From Haplodiscus bocki (taxonomy: Eukaryota), in NCBI GenBank assembly GCA_965655095.1, contig OZ296657.1:16368001-16432000 (forward strand): a stretch of DNA of 64,000 nucleotides, in the 5' to 3' direction. Each line of letters starts with the position of its first letter. Position 1 is the first letter of the stretch. Position numbers and translations under genes: made by a program. This document shows positions 28,331-39,800 of the stretch, one piece after another. Below the pieces are notes generated by a model, which searched no databases, had not been told where the DNA came from, and worked only from the letters and a program-made list of their open reading frames with translations.

Positions 28331-31300
28331 AATTTTTGTGAGAATATTTCTATACTGACGTGGTATTTCTGAATCAAAAAGAAAGATTGTGAAAATACTT
28401 GCTTCCTGACGTGACTTTTCTGATTCGCAATGATTGGTCGTGAAAAAACTTCCTTCTTGACGTGGTATTTTTTAATCACAAGGAAAAATTGTGAACAGAT
28501 TTCCATCCTGACGTGTTATTTTTTGTTCAAAATGAATGATCGTGAAAAACAATTACATGCTAACGGGAGTTTTCTGAAGCGCAATGAATGATCGCGAAAG
28601 TGTTTCCTTATTGACGTGGTATTTCGTAGTCGGAATGAATGGCGGTGAAAAAGTTTTCAAACTGACGTGATTTTTCTGAATCGCGATAAATCATCGTGCA
28701 AAGAGTTCCTTCTTGAAGTGCTGTTTCTGAATCTCATTGATTGATTGTGAAAACATTTGAATCCTGATGTGAATAATCTGGATGGCAATGGGTGATTGTG
28801 AAATGATTCACAACAGTTGTGAAAATTCTTCCATCCTGACTAATTTTTCTGAATCGCAATGATTGATGATCACAAGATTTGCAACTTGACGTGGTATTTC
28901 TTAATCAGAATGAATGATCGTGAAAACATTTCTATTCTGACGTGATTTTTTTGAATCGCAAAGGATGATCATGAAAACATTTTAGTCGTGGCGTAAACTT
29001 TCTGAATCACAATGAATGATTGTGAAAAAATTTCCATATTGACGTGGTTTTTCTGAATCTCAATGAATGATTGTGAAAATACTTGCATCCTGACGTGATT
29101 TTTCTGATTCGCAATGAGTGATCATGAAAAAACTTCCTTCTTGACATGGTACTTTTAAATCACAATGAATGATCGTGAACACATTTCTATCCTGACCTGT
29201 TATTTCTTGTTCAAATTGAATATCGTTAAAAACAATTCCATGCAGACGTGAGTTTTCTGAACCGCAATGAATGATCGCGAAAGTGTTTCCATATTGACGT
29301 GGTAATTCGTAATCGGAATGAATGGCCGTAAAAGAATTTTCAAACTGACGCGATTTTTCTGAATCGCGATGAATCATGGTGCAAAGATTTCCTTCTTGAA
29401 GTGCTGTTTCTGAATCTCATTGATTGATTGTGAAAACATTTGCATCCTGACGTAAATATTCTGAATGGCAATGAGTGGTTGTGAAACGATTCACAACAGT
29501 TGTGAAAAGGCTTCCATACTGACTGATTTTTCTGAACTGCAATGATTGATGCTGACAAGATTTGCAACTTGAAGTGGTGTTTCTCAATAGCAATGACTAA
29601 TTTTGACAAGATTTGCAATTTGACGTGGTCTTTCCTAATCGCAAAAAAAGGTCAATCAAAAAGTCCATCATGACGTGAACTTTCCAATTTGCAATGATTA
29701 ATCGTGAAAAACATTCCTTGATGAAGTAGTTTTTCCTAATCGCAAGGAAAGATCGTGAAAACATTTCCATCGGACGAGATTGTTTCGAAACACAAAGATT
29801 AATCGTGAAAAGATTTCAATCTTGACGTGGTATTCCTTAATTGCAAGGATGGATCGTGAATTGTTTCCCATCCTGAAGTGATTTTCTTGATCTGCAAAAA
29901 ATGATTGTGACAACATTTCCATAATATGGTGTTTCTCAGTCACAATGAATGATCGTGAAAATATTTCCGTCTTGACGTGGTATTTCTGAATCAGAATGAA
30001 TGATCGTGAAAACATTTCTATTCTGACGTGATTTTTTGAATCGCAAAGGATGATCATGAAAACATTTCAGTCGTGGCTTAAAATTTCTGAATCACAATGA
30101 ATGATTGCGAAAAGATTTCCATATTGACGTGGTTTTTCTGAATCTCAATGAATGATTGTGAAAATACTTGCATCCTGACGTGATTTTTCTGATTCGCAAT
30201 GAGTGATCATGAGAAAACCTCCTTCTTGACGTGGTATTTTTAAATCACAATGAATGATCGTGAACACATTTCTATCCTGACCTGTTATTTCTTGTTCAAA
30301 TTGAATGATCGTTAAAAACAATTCCATGCAGACGTGAGCTTTCTGAACCGCAATGAATGATCGCGAAAGTGTTTCCATATTGACGTGGTAATTCGTAATC
30401 GGAATGAATGGCCGTAAAAGAATTTTCAAACTGACGTGATTTTTCTGAATCGCGATGAATCATCGTGCAAAGATTTCCTTCTTGAAGTGCTGTTTCTGAA
30501 TCTCATTGATTGATTGTGAAAACATTTGCATCCTGACGTAAATATTCTGAATGGCAATGAGTGATTGTGAAACGATTGAAAACGAGTGGTTGTGAAAAGG
30601 CTTCCATACTGACTGATTTTTCTGAACTGCAATGATTGATGATGACAAGATTTGCAACTTGACGTGGTCTTTTCTAATCCCAAAAAATGGTCATTCAAAA
30701 AGATCCATCATGTCATGACGTGAACTTTCCAATTTGCAATGAATAATCGTGAAAAACATTCCTTGATGACGTGGTACTTCCTAATCGCAAGGCAATATCG
30801 TGAAGACATTTCCATCTGACGAGATTTTTTCGAAAGGAAAAAAATAATCGTGAAAAGATTTCAATCTTGACTTGGTATTCCTTAATGGCAAGGATGGATC
30901 GTGAATTGTTTTCCATCCTGAAGTGATTTTCTTGATCTGCAAAAAATGATTGTGAAAAGATTTCCACAATGTCGTGGTGTTTCTCAGTCGCAATGAATGA
31001 TCGTGAAAATATTTCCGTCTTGACGTGGTATTTCTTAATCAGAATGAATGATCGTGAAAACATTTCTATTCTGACGTGATGTTTTTGAATCGCAAAGGAT
31101 GATCATGAAAACATTTCAGTCGTGGCGTAAAATTTCTGAATCACAATGAATGATTGTGAAAGATTTCCTTCTTGACGTGGTGTTTCTTAGTCATAACGAA
31201 TGATCGTGAAAACACTTCCGTCTTGACGTGATATTTCTTAGTCATAACGAATGATCGTAAAAACACTTCCGTCTTGACGTGGTTTTTCTTAATCGGATTG

Positions 31301-34300
31301 AAGGATCGTGAAAACATTTCTATCCTGACGTGATTGTTTTGAATCGCAAAGGCTGATCGTGAAAACATTTACTTCTTGACATGTTATTTCTTGTTCACAA
31401 TGAATGATCGTTAAAAACAATTCCATGCAGACGTGAGTTTTCTAAACCGCAATGAATGATCGCGAAAGTGTTTCCATATTGACGTGGTAATTCGTAATCG
31501 GAATGAATGGCCGTAAAAGAATTTTCAAACTGACGCGATTTTTCTGAATCTCGATGAATCATGGTGCAAAGATTTCCTTCTTGAAGTGCTGTTTCTGAAT
31601 CTCATTGATTGATTGTGAAAACATTTGCATCCTGACGTAAATATTCTGAATGGCAATGAGTGGTTGTGAAACGATTCACAACAGTTGTGAAAAGGCTTCC
31701 ATACTGACTGATTTTTCTGAACTGCAATGATTGATGCTGACAAGATTTGCAACTTGAAGTGGTGTTTCTCAATAGCAATGACTAATTTTGACAAGATTTG
31801 CAATTTGACGTGGTCTTTCCTAATCGCAAAAAATGGTCAATCAAAAAGTCCATCATGACGTGAACTTTCCAATTTGCAATGATTAATCGTGAAAAACATT
31901 CCTTGATGAAGTAGTTTTTCCTAATCGCAAGGAAAGATCGTGGAAACATTTCCATCGGACGAGATTGTTTCGAAACACAAAGATTAATCGTGAAAAGATT
32001 TCAATCTTGACGTGGTATTCCTTAATTGCAAGGATGGATCGTGAATTGTTTCCCATCCTGAAGTGATTTTCTTGATCTGCAAAAAATGATTGTGACAACA
32101 TTTCCATATTATGGTGTTTCTCAGTCACAATGAATGATCGTGAAAATATTTCCGTCTTGACGTGGTATTTCTGAATCAGAATGAATGATCGTGAAAACAT
32201 TTCTATTCTGACGTGATTTTTTTGAATCGCAAAGGATGATCATGAAAACATTTCAGTCGTGGCTTAAAATTTCTGAATCACAATGAATGATTGTGAAAAG
32301 ATTTCCATATTGACGTGGTTTTTCTGAATCTCAATGAATGATTGTGAAAATACTTGCATCCTGACGTGATTTTTCTGATTCGCAATGAGTGATCATGAAA
32401 AAACCTCCTTCTTGACGTGGTATTTTTAAATCACAATGAATGATCGTGAACACATTTCTATCCTGACCTGTTATTTCTTGTTCAAATTGAATGATCGTTA
32501 AAAACAATTACATGCAGACGTGAGTTTTCTGAACCGCAATGAATGATCGCGAAAGTGTTTCCATATTGACGTGGTAATTCATAATCGGAATGAATGGCCG
32601 TAAAAGAATTTTCAAACTGACGTGATTTTTCTGAATCGCGATGAATCATCGTGCAAAGATTTCCTTCTTGAAGTGCTGTTTCTGAATCTCATTGATTGAT
32701 TGTGAAAACATTTGCATCCTGACGTAAATATTCTGAATGGCAATGAGTGATTGTGAAACGATTCCCAACATTTGTGAAAAGGCTTCCATACTGACTGATT
32801 TTTCTGAACTGCAATGATTGATGATGACAAGATTTGCAACTTGACGTGGTCTTTTCTAATCCCAAAAAATGGTCATTCAAAAAGATCCATCATGTCATGA
32901 CGTGAACTTTCCAATTTGCAATGAATAATCGTGAAAAACATTCCTTGATGACGTGGTACTTCCTAATCGCAAGGCAATATCGTGAAGACATTTCCATCTG
33001 ACGAGATTTTTTCGAAAGGAAAAAAATAATCGTGAAAAGATTTCAATCTTGACTTGGTATTCCTTAATGGCAAGGATGGATCGTGAATTGTTTTCCATCC
33101 TGAAGTGATTTTCTTGATCTGCAAAAAATGATTGTGAAAAGATTTCCACAATGTCGTGGTGTTTCTCAGTCGCAATGAATGATCGTGAAAATATTTCCGT
33201 CTTGACGTGGTATTTCTTAATCAGAATGAATGATCGTGAAAACATTTCTATTCTGACGTGATGTTTTTGAATCGCAAAGGATGATCATGAAAACATTTCA
33301 GTCGTGGCGTAAAATTTCTGAATCACAATGAATGATTGTGAAAGATTTCCTTCTTGACGTGGTGTTTCTTAGTCATAACGAATGATCGTGAAAACACTTC
33401 CGTCTTGACGTGATATTTCTTAGTCATAACGAATGATCGTGAAAACACTTCCGTCTTGACGTGGTTTTTCTTAATCGGATTGAAGGATCGTGAAAACATT
33501 TCTATCCTGACGTGATTGTTTTGAATCGCAAAGGCTGATCGTGAAAACATTTACTTCTTGACATGTTATTTCTTGTTCACAATGAATGATCGTTAAAAAC
33601 AATTCCATGCAGACGTGAGTTTTCTAAACCGCAATGAATGATCGCGAAAGTGTTTCCATATTGACGTGGTAATTCGTAATCGGAATGAATGGCCGTAAAA
33701 GAATTTTCAAACTGACGCGATTTTTCTGAATCTCGATGAATCATGGTGCAAAGATTTCCTTCTTGAAGTGCTGTTTCTGAATCTCATTGATTGATTGTGA
33801 AAACATTTGCATCCTGACGTAAATATTCTGAATGGCAATGAGTGGTTGTGAAACGATTCACAACAGTTGTGAAAAGGCTTCCATACTGACTGATTTTTCT
33901 GAACTGCATTGATTGATGCTGACAAGATTTGCAACTTGAAGTGGTGTTTCTCAATAGCAATGACTAAGTTTGACAAGATTTGCAATTTGACGTGGTCTTT
34001 CCTAATCGCAAAAAATGGTCAATCAAAAAGTCCATCATGACGTGAACTTTCCAATTTGCAATGATTAATCGTGAAAAACATTCCTTGATGAAGTAGTTTT
34101 TCCTAATCGCAAGGAAAGATCGTGAAAACATTTCCATCGGACGAGATTGTTTCGAAACACAAAGATTAATCGTGAAAAGATTTCAATCTTGACGTGGTAT
34201 TCCTTAATTGCAAGGATGGATCATGATTTGTTTCCCATCCTGAAATGATTTTCTTGATCTGCAAAAAATGATTGTGACAACATTTCCATAATATGGTGTT

Positions 34301-36930
34301 TCTCAGTCACAATGAATGATCGTGAAAATATTTCCGTCTTGACGTGGTATTTCTGAATCAGAATGAATGATCGTGAAAACATTTCTATTCTGACGTGATT
34401 TTTTTGAATCGCAAAGGATGATCATGAAAACATTTCAGTCGTGGCTTAAAATTTCTGAATCACAATGAATGATTGTGAAAAGATTTCCATATTGACGTGG
34501 TTTTTCTGAATCTCAATGAATGATTGTGAAAATACTTGCATCCTGACGTGATTATTCTGATTCGCAATGAGTGATCATGAAAAAACTTCCTTCTTGAAGT
34601 GGTATTTTTAAATCACAATGAATGATCGTGAACACATTTCTATCCTGACCTGTTATTTCTTGTTCAAATTGAATATCGTTAAAAACAATTCCATGCAGAC
34701 GTGAGTTTTCTGAACCGCAATGAATGATCGCGAAAGTGTTTCCATATTGACGTGGTAATTCGTAATCGGAATGAATGGCCGTAAAAGAATTTTCAAACTG
34801 ACGTGATTTTTCTGAATCGCGATGAATCATCGTGCAAAGATTTCCTTCTTGAAGTGCTGTTTCTGAATCTCATTGATTGATTGTGAAAACATTTGCATCC
34901 TGACGTAAATATTCTGAATGGCAATGAGTGATTGTGAAACGATTGAAAACGAGTGGTTGTGAAAAGGCTTCCATACTGACTGATTTTTCTGAACTGCAAT
35001 GATTGATGATGACAAGATTTGCAACTTGACGTGGTCTTTTCTAATCCCAAAAAATGGTCATTCAAAAAGATCCATCATGTCATGACGTGAACTTTCCAAT
35101 TTGCAATGAATAATCGTGAAAAACATTCCTTGATGACGTGGTACTTCCTAATCGCAAGGCAATATCGTGAAGACATTTCCATCTGACGAGATTTTTTCGA
35201 AAGGAAAAAAATAATCGTGAAAAGATTTCAATCTTGACTTGGTATTCCTTAATGGCAAGGATGGATCGTGAATTGTTTTCCATCCTGAAGTGATTTTCTT
35301 GATCTGCAAAAAATGATTGTGAAAAGATTTCCACAATGTCGTGGTGTTTCTCAGTCGCAATGAATGATCGTGAAAATATTTCCGTCTTGACGTGGTATTT
35401 CTTAATCAGAATGAATGATCGTGAAAACATTTCTATTCTGACGTGATGTTTTTGAATCGCAAAGGATGATCATGAAAACATTTCAGTCGTGGCGTAAAAT
35501 TTCTGAATCACAATGAATGATTGTGAAAAGATTTCCTTCTTGACGTGGTATTTCTTAGTCATAACGAATGATCGTGAAAACACTTCCGTCTTGACGTGAT
35601 ATTTCTTAGTCATAACGAATGATCGTGAAAACACTTCCGTCTTGACGTGGTTTTTCTTAATCGGATTGAAGGATCGTGAAAACATTTCTATCCTGACGTG
35701 ATTTTTTTTGAATCGCAAAGGCTGATCGTGAAAACATTTACTTCTTGACATGTTATTTCTTGTTCACAATGAATGATCGTTAAAAACAATTCCATGCAGA
35801 CGTGAGTTTTCTGAACCGCAATGAATGATCGCGAAAGTGTTTCCATATTGACGTGGTAATTCGTAATCGGAATGAATGGCCGTAAAAGAATTTTCAAACT
35901 GACGCGATTTTTCTGAATCGCGATGAATCATGGTGCAAAGATTTCCTTCTTGAAGTGCTGTTTCTGAATCTCATTGATTGATTGTGAAAACATTTGCATC
36001 CTGACGTAAATATTCTGAATGGCAATGAGTGGTTGTGAAACGATTCACAACAGTTGTGAAAAGGCTTCCATACTGACTGATGTTTCTGAACTGCAATGAT
36101 TGATGCTGACAAGATTTTCAACTTGACGTGGTGTTTCTCAACAGCAATGACTACTTTTGACAAGATTTGCAATTTGACGTGGTCTTTCCTAATCGCAAAA
36201 AATGGTCAATCAAAAAGTCCATCATGACGTGAACTTTCCAATTTGCAATGAATAATCGTGAAAAACATTCCTTGATGACGTGGTACTTCCTAATCGCAAG
36301 GCAATATCGTGAAGACATTTCCATCTGACGAGATTTTTTCGAAAGGAAAAAAATAATCGTGAAAAGATTTCAATCTTGACTTGGTATTCCTTAATGGCAA
36401 GGATGGATCGTGAATTGTTTTCCATCCTGAAGTGATTTTCTTGATCTGCAAAAAATGATTGTGAAAAGATTTCCACAATGTCGTGGTGTTTTTCAGTCGC
36501 AATGAATGATCGTGAAAATATTTCCGTCTTGACGTGGTTTTTCTTAATCAGAATGAATGATCGTGAAAACATTTCTATTCTGACGTGAATTTTTTGAATC
36601 GCAAAGGATGATCATGAAAACATTTCAGTCGTGGCGTAAAATTTCTGAATCACAATGAATGATTGTGAAAAGATTTCCTTCTTGACGTGGTATTTCTTAG
36701 TCATAACGAATGATCGTGAAAACACTTCCGTCTTGACGTGGTATTTCTTAGTCATAACGAATGATCGTGAAAACACTTCCGTCTTGACGTGGTTTTTCTT
36801 AATCGGATTGAAGGATCGTGAAAACATTTCTATCCTGACGTGATTTTTTTGAATCGCAAAGGCTGATCGTGAAAACATTTACTTCTTGACATGTTATTTC
36901 TTGTTCACAATGAATGATCGTGAAAATCAA
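28330..36930 (+). repeat. HOR domain 3: ~2,185-bp dimeric HOR made of related A and B sub-units (~1,086 + ~1,099 bp), about 3.5 copies, preceded by a shorter diverged copy
   Basis: ORFs 29340/31525/33707/35894 are offset by 2,185, 2,182 and 2,187; 30713/32895/35080 follow the same period; the A-to-B offset 29340/30426 is 1,086. A diagnostic 21-25 bp insert is present in each sub-unit. Confidence 0.93.
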
Positions 36931-39800
36931 TTCAAGGCTGACGTGATTCTCCTGAATCGCCATGAATCACCGTGAAAATATTTCCTTCTTGAAGTGGTGT
37001 TTCTTAATCTCATTGAATGATTGTGAAAAAATTTCCATCTTCACGTGGTATTTCTCTATCGCAATCAACGATAGTGCAAACCTTTCTAAGCTGACGTGAA
37101 GTTTCTGAAAGACATTGACTGATGGTGACAGGATTTGCAACTTGACTTGGTATTTCTGAATATTAATGATTGATCCTGACAAGATTTGCAACTTGAGGTG
37201 GTCTGTCCTAATCTCAAAAAATGGTTATTCAAAACAATCCATCATGACGAGTTTTTTCCGATTTGCAATGAATGATCGTGAAAAGATTCCAATCTTCACG
37301 TGAAAGTTACGAATCGCAATGAAAGATAGTGAAAAATTTTCCTTGATGACGTGGTATTGCCTAACCACAGGGAAAGGTCGTGAAAACTTTTCCATTCTGA
37401 TGTGATTTTTCTGAACCGCAACGAATGATCGTAAAAATTTTTCGATCCTGACGTGGTATTTCTCATTCACATTGAACAGTCGTGAAAACATGTCCGTATT
37501 GACGTTTTTTTTTGAATCGCAGTGAAGGACGATGAAAACAATTCCATGTTGACGTAGTTTCTCCTGATCGGAAAGAAGGATCGTGAAGCCATTTCCATCC
37601 TGAGGTGACTTTTCTGAATCGCTATGAATGATTGTGAAAAACAATCCCATGATGACGTGATTTCTCAGAACCGCAATGAATGCTCGTGAAAAGGTTTCCA
37701 TATTGTCGTAGTAATTCATAATCGGAATGAATGGGCGTGAAAACGTTTTCAACCTGACGTGATTTTTCTGGATCTCAATGATTGATTGTGAAAACATTTC
37801 TACCTTGACCTGATTTTTTGAAACACAGGAAATGATCGTCACAAGATGTCCACCTTGACAAGGTATTTCTTTATCGCAATCAACAATGGTGAAAATGTAT
37901 CCGCCTTAACGTTATCTTTCCGATTTGCAATGGTTGATGGTGACAAGATTATCAACTTGACGTGGTATTTCTCAAAAGCAATGACTGATCGTGACAAGAT
38001 TTGCATCTCGACTTGGTTTAGCATAATTCCAAAAAGGGGTCGTGCAAAAGGATCCATCATGACGTGAGTTTCCCGATTCGCAATGAATGATCGTGAAAAG
38101 ATTCCAAGCTTCACGTGATATTTCTGAATTGCTTTGAATGATCGTGAAACATTTTGGTTGATGACGTGGTATTTCCTAACCGCAGGGAAAGATCGTGAGG
38201 TTTTCCATTCTGATGTGATTGTTTTCCTTCGCAAAAAATTATCGTGAAAACAGTTCTATCTGGACGTGAAATTTCTGAATTGCGGTGAAGGACGGTGAAA
38301 ACATTTCCAAGTTGACGTGGTATTTTTTGATCAGAAAGGAAGATCGTGGAAACAATTCCATCTTGACGTGATTTTTTGAATCGGAAAAAATTATCGTGAA
38401 AACATTCCTCCATCTTGACGTGAAATTTCTGAAACGCAGTGAATGGCGGTGAAAATGTTTCCACGTTGACGTGGTTTTTCTTAAACGGAGAGGAAGATCT
38501 TGAAAACCTTTCCATCCTGACGTGATTTTTCTGAATCGCTACGAACGATTGTGAAGAAATTTCAATCTTGACGTGCTATTCCTTGTTCACAATGGTTGAT
38601 CGTGAAAAACATTTCCATGCTGACGTGATTTTTTTTGAATTGAAAAAAATGATCGTGAAAGCATTCCTCCATCTTGACATGAAATTTTTGGAACGCAGTG
38701 AATGACGGTGAAAACCTTTCCACCTTGACGTGATTTTACTGAATTGCAATGATTGATGGTGAAAAGATTTGCAACTTGACGTGGTAGTTTTTAACTGCAT
38801 TGATTGGCCGTGACAAGATTTGCATCTTGACATGGCATTTCTCAGTCGCAAAAAATGATCTCGGAGAGATTTCCACCCTGACGTGATCTTTCTAAATCGC
38901 ATTGAAGGATCGTGAAAAAGTTTATTTCGTGACATGGTATTTCGGTATTTCTTAATCACAGTGAACGGTCGTGAAAGTATTTCTATGCAGAGGTGACTTT
39001 TTTGAATCGCAAAGAACCATCATGAAAAGGTTTCCTTCTTTAAGTGCTGTTTCTGAATCTCATTGATTGATGGTGAAAACATTTGCATCCTGACGTACTT
39101 ATTTTGAATCGCAATGAATGATTGATTGTGAAAAGATTTCTCCCTTCACCTGATTTTTTTGAATCGCAGGAAATGATCTTCACAAGATTTCCCTCTTCAC
39201 GTGGTATTTCTTTATGGCAATGAACGATAGTGAAATTGTTTCCATCTTGACGTGATTTTTCCGAATTGCAATGATTGATGGTGAACAAATTCCAATCTTC
39301 ACGTGAAAGCTCTGAATCGCAATGAAAAATAGTGAAAAATTTTCCTTGATGACTTGGTATTGCCTAACCACAGGGAAAGGTCGTGAAAACTTTTCCATTC
39401 TGATGTGATTTTTCTGAATCGCAATGATTGATCGTAAAGATTTTTCTATCTTGACGTGGTATTTCTCAGTCACATTGAACGATCGTGAAAAAAAGTCCGT
39501 ACTGACGTTATTTTTTTGAATTGCAGTGAATGACGGTGAAAACATTTCCATGTTGACGTAGTTTCTCCTGATCAGAAAGAAGGATCGTGAAGTCATTTCC
39601 ATCCTGAGAGGAATTTTCTGAATTGCTATGAATGATTGTGAAAAAAATTCACTCTTGACGTGGTATTTCTTGTTCACAATGAATGATCGTGAAAAACAAT
39701 CCCATCATGACGTGAATTTTCAGAACCGCAATGAATGCTCGTGAAAAGGTTTCCATATTGACGTGGTAATTCATAATCGGAATGAATGGGCGTGAAAACG
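36930..39800 (+). repeat. Diverged transition zone containing rearranged relatives of the domain 4 21-mer
   Basis: 37839-38570 follows the 21-mer monomer order (cgtcacaag... gccttaacgttatctttccgatttgc... ccaagcttcacgtg) but is more divergent. 37270-37760 is similar to 39290-39810. Confidence 0.7.

Noticed and set aside
1070-36843. Plus-strand frame MNDRDKICNLTWYFLIA with TGG/TGA alternation, suggesting genetic code 4 (TGA=Trp)
   Set aside because: TGG/TGA is simply one of the class-diagnostic substitutions. A second TGA alternates with CTA/TTA, and frequent 1-bp indels destroy the frame regardless of code.
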